Made by a program: the position numbers and the translations under genes
Shown: positions 7,853 through 15,032 of the stretch, one piece after another
Layout: every line of letters begins with the position of its first letter
How positions within the stretch are numbered: the first letter of the stretch is position 1
The notes under the pieces: model-generated
What the model saw: only the letters and a program-made list of their open reading frames with translations
What the model was told of the DNA's origin: nothing
Databases searched by the model: none
NCBI GenBank assembly: GCA_039801565.1
Contig: JBDRUX010000060.1
Coordinates: forward strand, 1 to 15,032
DNA from: a candidate division WOR-3 bacterium
Lineage (GTDB): Bacteria > Hydrothermota > Tepidihabitantia > Tepidihabitantales > JAOUPE01
DNA: 15,032 nucleotides
Direction: 5' to 3'

Positions 7853-8749
7853 ATGCTAAATGTCATCCTTTCATTAACTCTATTCAGCCAAGTTTCAAAT
7901 GTTGGAACTGCCGGGTTCGACCTGTTAAATATCACGGTTCCAGCTCGAGCCGCAGCGATGGGTAACACTGCCATTGCCTTAGCTGACGACGCCTTTGGAT
8001 TCTTTTTTAACCCTGCCGGCTTGGTTGATATTGCTGAATCAAAAATTGGGACAACTTACATCAATTATCTAGCTGGTATCCAGATGGGTTCATTATGTTA
8101 TACCCAACCATTAAGTGATAACGGAATTGGAATTGGAATAACTTATTTGAACAGTGGGGCAATGAAAAAAACTGACGAATCCGGCAACGAACAAATACCG
8201 CCAACATTCACGGTCTGCTATACCAATTTTGATGTTGCTTTTGGTTATTTAGTTAGTGAGCCGGTGGCACTCGGTTTAGGGTTAAAAGGTCTTTACGGTA
8301 AAATCGATACATTCTTCACAATTGGTTTTGGCGCAAATATTGGGACAAGTATCTTATTGCCCCTCGAAGGACTTCATTTTGGGGCAGCACTAAGAAACCT
8401 TGGAGTAGTCCTTAAGCCATTTCGTACGGAAAAAGACAAACTACCTATAGATTTGGGCCTTGGGTTTAACTATTCGACTAACGGTCTCAATCTCAATTTA
8501 GATATTCCGCTTTACAGTAAGTTTGGGGTTCGGGCTGGAATTGAGTATTGGGTCGTACCGTTTTTAGCCTTAAGAACAGGTATCAACTCTTTCGGCCGTG
8601 ATTTAAGAACCGGCGGTGGTTCGGATATTTTTGCTGGAACTGGCATTGGTTTAGGAGTTAAGGTAACCCAATTCCAATTAGACTACGCCTTCACCCCAAT
8701 GCTTGCTTTGGGTAGAGTCCATCGTTTCACCTTATCTTTCGCTTTATAG
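7853..8749 (+). CDS. PorV/PorQ-like (UPF0164) outer-membrane beta-barrel
   Basis: ARAAAMG...FFNPAGL plug motif, amphipathic strands, and a C-terminal LDYAF...LG.VHRFTLSF. Confidence 0.82.
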   Translation: MLNVILSLTLFSQVSNVGTAGFDLLNITVPARAAAMGNTAIALADDAFGFFFNPAGLVDIAESKIGTTYINYLAGIQMGSLCYTQPLSDNGIGIGITYLNSGAMKKTDESGNEQIPPTFTVCYTNFDVAFGYLVSEPVALGLGLKGLYGKIDTFFTIGFGANIGTSILLPLEGLHFGAALRNLGVVLKPFRTEKDKLPIDLGLGFNYSTNGLNLNLDIPLYSKFGVRAGIEYWVVPFLALRTGINSFGRDLRTGGGSDIFAGTGIGLGVKVTQFQLDYAFTPMLALGRVHRFTLSFAL

Positions 8750-8752
8750 TTA

Positions 8753-9694
8753 ATGAAACATCAGTTCGTTAAGGATTTGAAAGCCGGTCAATTAGTTCAG
8801 GATGTATTTTATTTGGTTTCTCGAGAAATTCGGGATAAAAAGGATGGCGGTTTTTTCTTAATTTTACAGTTATCTGATAAGACTGGAACAATCGAAGGCA
8901 AAATCTGGGACGATGCCAAGACTTGGCTTGATTTAGCCACGCCGGGACAATTTTTTCAGATTTCAGGTTTGGCTCGGGAATACTCCGGTAGTTTAGAGAT
9001 TGCGATTAAGGAAATTTCGAAAGTTCCAATCGAAACAGTCAGTAAAAGCGACTTTTTGCCGACAAGCCAATTTAATCTTGATGACTTACTTTCGGAGTTG
9101 AAAAGTTATTTTAGTCAGATAAAGGATCCTTATCTTTTGCGATTAGTCGAAAATTTCTTTGCCGATGATGAATTTGTTGAGCAATTCAAAACCGCACCCG
9201 GTGCTGCTTCAGTCCATCATACCTATTTGGGTGGTTTGCTCGAGCATACCGTTTATATGTTAAGGCTGGCTAAAGAAATCGGCAAGGTTTACCCAGAAAT
9301 TGATTGCTCTTTACTGCTCACTGGAATTATTCTCCACGATGTGGGCAAGATCAAAGAATATAGTTACGAGAAAGTCATTGACCATACCTTTGATGGTAGA
9401 CTATTGGGACATATCGTAATGGGTTACGAAATGGTTAGTGCTAAGATTGCTGAAATTCCCAATTTCCCTCAAGAATTGAGAAGAATGTTGCTTCATATGA
9501 TCTTAACTCATCACGGGCATCTTGAATTTGGTTCGCCCAAAACGCCGAAATTCGTCGAAGCATTTTTGCTTCATATCTTAGATTATACTGATGCTCGAGT
9601 GATGATGTTTCGTGAGGCACAAGCGAAAAATAAAGGCGTCAAGTGGACGGAATACCATAAGTTCTTAGAAACCAATATCTACATTAGAGACTAA
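8753..9694 (+). CDS. YhaM/Cbf1-family 3'-5' exoribonuclease (OB + HD domains)
   Basis: OB fold motif L.DKTG.IEGKIWD; HD domain motifs HH.Y.GGLLEH, LHDVGK, GRLLGHI and HMILTHHG.LEFGSP. Confidence 0.9.
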   Translation: MKHQFVKDLKAGQLVQDVFYLVSREIRDKKDGGFFLILQLSDKTGTIEGKIWDDAKTWLDLATPGQFFQISGLAREYSGSLEIAIKEISKVPIETVSKSDFLPTSQFNLDDLLSELKSYFSQIKDPYLLRLVENFFADDEFVEQFKTAPGAASVHHTYLGGLLEHTVYMLRLAKEIGKVYPEIDCSLLLTGIILHDVGKIKEYSYEKVIDHTFDGRLLGHIVMGYEMVSAKIAEIPNFPQELRRMLLHMILTHHGHLEFGSPKTPKFVEAFLLHILDYTDARVMMFREAQAKNKGVKWTEYHKFLETNIYIRD

Positions 9695-9762
9695 ATTGGT
9701 TATTTGACAAAATTCAATCTATAAACAAAAGCGCCAGCAAGAAACCATCTAAGACTGCATCA

Positions 9763-10428
9763 GTGACCGATTGGGGTCTTTTCGTTAAAAACGTTTCAGA
9801 ATTAGGATACCGACTGACTGGGGAACAATTAACTAACTTCCAAAAATATTATCAATTGATTCTGAACTGGAACCAAAAGATAAATCTAATTTCGCGTCAA
9901 GACACCCATCGTCTTCTTTCTTACCATTTTATTGATTCGTTAATAGTTCTAAACGACATACCAAAAGACAGTGCAGTCTGTGATGTTGGTTCCGGTGCGG
10001 GATTACCAGGAATTCCTTTAAAGATTATACGTGATGACATAACAGTTTATTTAATTGAATCAATTCAAAAGAAGGCAGCATTTTTAAGAAAAGTGGTAGA
10101 TGAATTAGACCTCAAAAGGACGAAGGTGATTGCCCAACGAGTCGAACTGGAAATCAAAAACCCAAATTCGGAAGTTGTAAATAACTGCGATATTGTTTTA
10201 ATTCGGCTCTTAGGAAAAATTCGGAAGGTTGCGCCAATTGTGACACCTTTACTGGCACCGCAAGGCAAGATTATTTTCTATAAATCAACTAATGCTATTG
10301 AGGAAATTTCTTCAGCCCAAAAAATTTTAGAATCCCTTTCTCTAAAAGCAGAAATAAAAAAAATTGCTCTACCCAACACGGCTATTGTCCGACATTTAGT
10401 TTATTTAAATAAAAACGACTGGCCTTAA
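9763..10428 (+). CDS. rsmG: 16S rRNA m7G527 methyltransferase
   Basis: Motifs WNQKINLIS, HFIDSL, DVGSGAGLPGIPLKI and LIES..KKAAFL. Confidence 0.93.
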   Translation: MTDWGLFVKNVSELGYRLTGEQLTNFQKYYQLILNWNQKINLISRQDTHRLLSYHFIDSLIVLNDIPKDSAVCDVGSGAGLPGIPLKIIRDDITVYLIESIQKKAAFLRKVVDELDLKRTKVIAQRVELEIKNPNSEVVNNCDIVLIRLLGKIRKVAPIVTPLLAPQGKIIFYKSTNAIEEISSAQKILESLSLKAEIKKIALPNTAIVRHLVYLNKNDWP

Positions 10429-10632
10429 AAAGAATAATTGAAGAAAGTAGATTGATTTAAAAATTTTATTGGTTTATCAGTTCGTATCGAGATTGGGCCT
10501 TAAAGTGGACAGTGTAATTAATTTAGCTTTAATAAAATTTTTATGATGCTCAGTTAAACTCTTTTTTACTTTAACAAAGAAGTAGTCTTGTTCTGACTAG
10601 TTACATATAGTAATAATTAAATATACTCAAAT

Positions 10633-11391
10633 ATGGATGACTATTTAATAAAAGCAACGATTGCTAATCGTCGAGTCTTAGCGATTGTTGCCCAGACGAC
10701 AAATTTGGTTGAAGAGTCACGCCAACGCCACCAAACTTTACCAACTGCTACCGCAGCATTGGGAAGAACCCTTACCTTGGTCGGAATGCTTTCTGCTTTA
10801 CTTGCCGAAAAGCAGACCCTAAGTATTCAAATTCTCGGTTCTGGACCACTTAGAGAGATATATGCCCAAACCGATTGGTTGGGCAATGTTCGGGGCTATG
10901 TTAAACGACCCTTGGTTGACCTGGAACTCAATCCTTCAGGTAAACTTGATGTCGAACGTGCAATAGGTGCGGGAATGATTTATGTAATAAAAGATTTGGG
11001 TTTAAAAGAGCCATTTCGGGGTTCAGCACCGCTCATTTCTGGTGGTATCGCTAAGGATTTGGCGTATTATTTTATGGTCTCAGAACAAAAACCATCAGCG
11101 GTAGCGGCTGGGGTCTATATCAATTCAAAAAATAAGGTTGATGCAGCAGGCGGGTTTATAATTCAGCCCACACTCGATACCGATATTGGTATTGTTGAAA
11201 GTTTAGAAGAAAATCTGCGAAACTTACCCTTACCCAGTTCGCTCATTTTAGCGAAAACTCCACTTGAGGAAATCTTAAAATTAATCGCCGGTGATTTGAG
11301 TTACGAAATAGCGGAGACCAAAACTTTAGGTCCTGTCCCGATATTCGTGGAAATTCTTAACTTTGCCATTGTTGACATTATAATCATTTAA
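10633..11391 (+). pseudogene. hslO: Hsp33 chaperone truncated by IS256 (232 native codons plus 20 IS-derived residues)
   Basis: Motifs H...PTATAALGR.L, G.VRGYV, G..PLISG.IA.DLAYYF..SEQ.PSAV and AAGGFIIQ. The CxC/CxxC zinc domain is missing and the IS begins at 11329. Confidence 0.9.
11329..11355 (+). repeat. IS terminal inverted repeat (downstream of tnp)
   Basis: GGTCCTGTCCCGATATTCGTGGAAATT. Confidence 0.9.
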
Positions 11392-11404
11392 GCCACCTTG
11401 TCAA
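11377..11404 (-). promoter_or_regulatory. Outward-facing consensus promoter inside the IS end
   Basis: TTGACA-AGGTGGCTTAAATGAT (16 bp)-TATAAT, spanning the tnp stop codon. Confidence 0.75.
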
Positions 11405-12587
11405 TAGTTTTATTGACTACCTGAGGCATATCACGCCACCCCGAGAGCCGCCGCAGACAGATTTGACCCGAAGCAAAAAGACCAAAGAGAATTATTAATA
11501 CCGCATGCTCAGAAGGTAAAGAAGCTTGTGTTTTTATTCGACGCCGAAACTCCCCGTAAAGCCGCTCAATGATATTGGTACTGCGAAGACTTTTCCATTG
11601 ACTTTGGGGATAACGAAAGAATGTTAGAAGCTCATTGCCCGCCTCTTTAAGACTTTTCACCACACCTTCGCACCGGGTCTTCCATTTCCGCACAAAGCGG
11701 TCTCTCGCTAGCAAAGCTTCCTCTAAACCACTGGCATAGACGATGGCATGAAAATCTTCCTTAATTGCTTCAGAAGCGTGTTTAGGAGCATGGGCAAGGA
11801 GGTTTCGGAGTTTGTGCACTACACAACGCTGAACATCAATTTTTGGCCAAGTAAGCTCAATAGCCGACCGAAGCCCTTGATTGCCATCAATGATTACTAA
11901 TTCGGGACAAGGCAACCCACGCAAGACCAAATCCTCGATGACTCCCTGCCAGGCTTGTGCCGATTCCGAACCACGCAGCCATAACCCTAAGAGAATCTTT
12001 TCGCCTTTTTCGTTTACTCCCACCGCTGCCAACACGGGAACCCGGCAGACCCTGCCACAAGAGCGGATTGTTACCCCAAAGCCATCTAAATAGAGATAGG
12101 CGACGAATTCGTTATGAAGGGCACGGGTGCGCCAACTTTCAAAATACTCTTTTAGACGCAAAACCAGACAGCTGATACTACTCTTCGATAAGGGTGTTCC
12201 CTTCAAAAGTGGTCTTAGCGCTTGTTTAATCCGGCGCGTATTGGCACCACAAAGGTAGATTCCCAGAATAGCATCGTCAAGAGCTTTGGCTCGACGCTGA
12301 TAGCGAGGAAGGATATGACTCTGCCATTCGATGGTTTCGCCATCCGGTCCGAATAGTCTACCCCGCGGAACCTTTATATCAGTTCTGCCCAGCGAAGTTG
12401 ATATCTGCCGGTGCTCAAAGCCATGACGATACCCCTGACGCTCCTCTGTCCTCTGATAAGGGCCAGCGCCCAAAGTCGCCGCAAGTTCTTCGAGCACAAT
12501 TCTTTCAATGAATGAGCGAACCTCTCGTCTAATCGCCTCGGTGAGAGTGTCTTCTTCGAAAATAACCGTTCCTTGACTAAGTTTCAT
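11388..12587 (-). CDS. IS256/Mutator-family DDE transposase
   Basis: Motifs YRHG...R.I.T.LG....VPR.R, YLYLDG, LVIIDG..GL, QRCVVH and STNIIER...EFRRR; RBS AAGGAG at 12595-12600. Confidence 0.96.
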   Translation of the reverse strand: MKLSQGTVIFEEDTLTEAIRREVRSFIERIVLEELAATLGAGPYQRTEERQGYRHGFEHRQISTSLGRTDIKVPRGRLFGPDGETIEWQSHILPRYQRRAKALDDAILGIYLCGANTRRIKQALRPLLKGTPLSKSSISCLVLRLKEYFESWRTRALHNEFVAYLYLDGFGVTIRSCGRVCRVPVLAAVGVNEKGEKILLGLWLRGSESAQAWQGVIEDLVLRGLPCPELVIIDGNQGLRSAIELTWPKIDVQRCVVHKLRNLLAHAPKHASEAIKEDFHAIVYASGLEEALLARDRFVRKWKTRCEGVVKSLKEAGNELLTFFRYPQSQWKSLRSTNIIERLYGEFRRRIKTQASLPSEHAVLIILFGLFASGQICLRRLSGWRDMPQVVNKTIDKVA

Positions 12588-12608
12588 ACCTTTTCTCCTT
12601 TTAAGCTT

Positions 12609-12636
12609 ATTATACTCATTTAAATTTCCACGACAA
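12609..12636 (-). promoter_or_regulatory. Transposase promoter overlapping the inverted repeat
   Basis: TTGTCG-16 bp-TATAAT upstream of the RBS. Confidence 0.6.
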
Positions 12637-12649
12637 TAGGGACACTACC
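12623..12649 (-). repeat. IS terminal inverted repeat (upstream of tnp)
   Basis: The minus strand reads GGTAGTGTCCCTATTGTCGTGGAAATT. Confidence 0.9.
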
Positions 12650-13706
12650 GCTTCATCGTTGTCGATCCATTTGTCAAATTCGTAAGGCCAATCAAATTTC
12701 AAGAAACCGCCGGGTGTTATAATAAATTCAAACTTCATATTTTTTGAGTTCGCATCCTTAACAAAAGAAACCAAAACATTTTTTAATTCTGCCAAAACCG
12801 GCTCATCATTATCTTTATATTGCTTACCAGATACCACTATACGAGCAATTTTATGTTTTCCTGAGTTTATCGGGATTATTTTATTTAAATACTCAATAGC
12901 ATTTTCACTTGTCCAATCAAAATCACCATGTTTGATTCTAATAAGCTTATAGCCATGTTTAAATGCCTCTATATCTCTTACTGCGTCATAGTAAGCGCGT
13001 TTTTCATCTCTATCAACAGGATGATTGTCCTTTGCATTGATTTTATTACACTGTTCAATCCAATAGTCCTTGTCAAAATAAACCTTAACATTTTCAGGAT
13101 AATTTTCTAAAGTTATTTTACGGGCTTGAGTAAAGTGCTGATTTTCATCATATTCAATAATTATCTGGTGTTGCTCAATCACAATATCGCATGCCAAAGG
13201 ATAATTAGGTTTAAGGAAAGTTCTCTGATTTCTGTATTTTATTAATGCATCAACAAGTTTCCTGTATTCAGCAGGTAATTGTTCAGGATTAGGGGTTTTA
13301 AGCCATTCAAATTTTTTCTCGGTTTCTATAATTCCGAACCTTTTTTGCAATACTCTTTGCAAAGCATTTTTTGCTCCACAACAGAAAGTTTTTTGTTGGA
13401 GACTTCTTTTTTTGCTGATGCCCTTTTGATATGGGTCTTTTTATATTCAACTTCAAATCCAAGTCTTTTGAAAAAATTTACTGTTTCTTGGCCACCGCTA
13501 TATTCACTTTTCTTAATTTCCTTGTTATTTGCAATTTCAAATGCAAGCCCACGAATATGTTTAGCAGGATATATCTTGCCATTATATACTAGAAAAGTAT
13601 TTCGTGGCTTAGGATAATCTGGATTAAGTTTTTCAAATTTCTGAATTGCCTTAATAACATGTTCTCTTTTTATGTTGTTCCATAGATTTTTCATAGTCAT
13701 AACCAT
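12650..13706 (-). pseudogene. Frameshifted, IS-truncated multidomain nuclease-like gene (ScoMcrA-N-like head + Vsr/DUF559-like PD-(D/E)XK domain + start of a third domain)
   Basis: ORFs 13326..13706 and 12616..13362 join as ..VEQKNALQRVLQK.. if the A6 run (13367-13372) is A7. Motifs are YNGKIYPAK, SGG.ET..FF.RLGFEV and CDIVI....IIIEYDENQHF. The last 10 aa derive from the IS. The segment is AT-rich. Confidence 0.7.
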
Positions 13707-13855
13707 AATTTAATTAGTGAGCTTATATAAAATTCCGAAAGCGCCCCTGTAGCAAATGCAACTAACTCGTTCATAGACGAAGTATTTCGTTTGCCCTGAC
13801 GCTGGTTGAATAACCAGAAAACCTCATTTTTAATAAATTCTTTCGTCTTTTCAGT

Positions 13856-13883
13856 ATGGTAATCATTTAAGCCACCTTGTCAA
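13856..13883 (-). promoter_or_regulatory. Sigma70 promoter for the nuclease-like gene
   Basis: TTGACA-AGGTGGCTTAAATGAT (16 bp)-TACCAT. Confidence 0.6.
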
Positions 13884-13885
13884 TA
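13860..13885 (+). repeat. 26-bp exact direct repeat of IS sequence 11381-11406
   Basis: TAATCATTTAAGCCACCTTGTCAATA occurs at both positions. Confidence 0.92.
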
Positions 13886-13977
13886 ATTTTTTGATTCGAA
13901 CTTTTTTCAATGCAGTTAAATAACCATCGGCGGCGGTCCGATAACTTACTTGAACCGGATTAAGCGGAGTTGAACAA

Positions 13978-14433
13978 TTACGGTTTGGCTTTAGTGAATA
14001 GCCATCTTTTGTTTATCTTCTTTAAATCTAAGATTAACTCATCACCCCAAGCCGAATAGCCATAAATTACCTCTGGTTCGCCAGTACTTTGGTTTAGAGC
14101 TCGAACCGAAACCCTTAAGCTACAAACCGCCACACCATCATCCACCGTAATCTTTTTATATGGGATGAAAACCTTTATATCATCATAATTCCGAAAATGA
14201 GTTATAAACCACTTTTCTAACCGCTCATAATCCATTCCGAAATCGTCACCGTATTCTTCTGCCACCAGTGACATCACGGTTGCTAAATCTTCATTTTCTA
14301 CCGCTTTCTTACCGGTCATCACCACCCGGTCAACCTTTTTCCATTCCGGAATAAAGAGCAGTCTACTGAGCAACCAAAAGATAATAATTCCAATAATAAT
14401 TGCTAATAGTGGGTGAATTTTTTTAAATCGCAA
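13978..14433 (-). CDS. Membrane-anchored NTF2/SnoaL-like hypothetical protein
   Basis: 151 aa, TTG start 3 nt after the upstream stop, N-terminal TM helix, AVE.ED...VMSLVAEEY.D..G and a C-terminal L.K....W motif. Confidence 0.7.
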   Translation of the reverse strand: MRFKKIHPLLAIIIGIIIFWLLSRLLFIPEWKKVDRVVMTGKKAVENEDLATVMSLVAEEYGDDFGMDYERLEKWFITHFRNYDDIKVFIPYKKITVDDGVAVCSLRVSVRALNQSTGEPEVIYGYSAWGDELILDLKKINKRWLFTKAKP

Positions 14434-14436
14434 TAT

Positions 14437-15030
14437 TTATTTAACCCTGACCGCCTTTTGGGTTATAGTGCCATTATTGTCAGTCAATTGGATAAAATAG
14501 ACACCAGGGATGACCCTTTTGCCTTTGTCGTCTCTGCCATCCCAGATAAATTCGCTTACCGCAGACCGCTCTCCGCTTACCGCCAAACTCTTTACTAATT
14601 CGCCGGCTAAGTTATAAATCTTCAGAGTTAACTTCCTTCCACCAGCACCCCGTATCTGAAATCTAACACCTGATTTTGCTGGATTGGGTAAGATTTTTAG
14701 CGATAGGCGGTCAGCGGAAAGCGGATAACGGTCTTCTTCTATTCCAGAAGGTGTGATTGCAAAAACTCCATCGGATTCATCATATTGCCAGCCTGGACCA
14801 TAGGCGATGATTTTAACCTTGCAGGAATCAGCAGAAGTATCAGGAACCGTCCAAAGATAAGAACTGTCATTTCCAGAAAGACCGGTAATGATTGTGTCAT
14901 AGGTCCTACCATTATCTAAAGAGTAAAATAAGGAAAGTGAATCGCATCTTGGCGGATAGAATTTCTGCCAGCGGATTTGTTCAGGGGTATTGCGAACAAA
15001 AGTCTCACCGCCATTTGGTCTTCTAACTCT
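14437..15030 (-). CDS. 3' part of a secreted protein with an Ig-like domain and a T9SS type A/FlgD-like C-terminal domain (5' end outside the window)
   Basis: Hand translation: RVRRPNGGETF..IRW..YSLDNG.TY..YLWTVPD..DESDGVFAI..GIEE..ILPNPAK..LKIYNLAGELVKSL..WDGRDDKGKRVIPGVYFIQL..KAVRVK*. Confidence 0.88.
   Translation of the reverse strand, partial: RVRRPNGGETFVRNTPEQIRWQKFYPPRCDSLSLFYSLDNGRTYDTIITGLSGNDSSYLWTVPDTSADSCKVKIIAYGPGWQYDESDGVFAITPSGIEEDRYPLSADRLSLKILPNPAKSGVRFQIRGAGGRKLTLKIYNLAGELVKSLAVSGERSAVSEFIWDGRDDKGKRVIPGVYFIQLTDNNGTITQKAVRVK
14550..14584 (+). repeat. Heptamer tandem array A, (nnCCGCn)x5
   Basis: ATTCGCT TACCGCA GACCGCT CTCCGCT TACCGCC. Confidence 0.75.
14699..14733 (-). 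repeat. Heptamer tandem array B, inverted relative to array A
   Basis: The minus strand reads GACCGTT ATCCGCT TTCCGCT GACCGCC TATCGCT. Confidence 0.75.
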
Positions 15031-15032
15031 TA

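Larger units (their letters stand above)
11329..12649 (-). mobile_element. IS256-family insertion sequence, 1321 bp, no target-site duplication
   Basis: 27-bp imperfect inverted repeats (22/27 match) enclose one transposase gene. GC is visibly higher than the flanks. The flanks AAACTTTA and GCTTCATC differ. Confidence 0.93.

Noticed and set aside
11381..13885. The 26-bp repeat as a CRISPR repeat or target-site duplication
   Set aside because: There are only two copies, 2.5 kb apart, and no cas genes. One copy lies inside the IS, and it is too long for an IS256 duplication.
10065..14598. ORFs 10065..10268, 11881..12093, 11957..12175, 12928..13110, 13279..13617 and 14413..14598
   Set aside because: They are antisense shadows of rsmG, tnp, the nuclease-like gene and the T9SS cargo gene.

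Overview
Bacterial chromosomal window, moderately AT-rich. A PorV/PorQ-like barrel gene and a T9SS/FlgD-type C-terminal domain suggest an FCB-like lineage such as WOR-3 (inference). Left: two tandem paralogous small Cys/His proteins that look like catalytically degenerate GIY-YIG relatives, behind a consensus sigma54 promoter with IHF-like and UAS-like sites. Divergent from them are a sigma70 promoter, an uncalled 45-aa membrane peptide and a polytopic membrane protein. Middle: tRNA-Met, ilvE, rpiB, a UPF0282-like MBL hydrolase, an SLBB export protein, a solitary rplF, a PorV-like gene, a YhaM-like gene, rsmG and hslO. Right: a 1321-bp IS256-family element with no target duplication joins hslO, cut just before its zinc switch, to a truncated and frameshifted AT-rich nuclease-like gene. 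A 26-bp piece of the IS end containing a -35 box recurs upstream of that gene. The window ends with an NTF2-like protein and the 3' end of a T9SS-type cargo gene carrying inverted heptamer arrays. Most sigma70-like promoters have 16-bp spacers and several genes look leaderless. All family calls come from motif recognition by eye; no searches were run.
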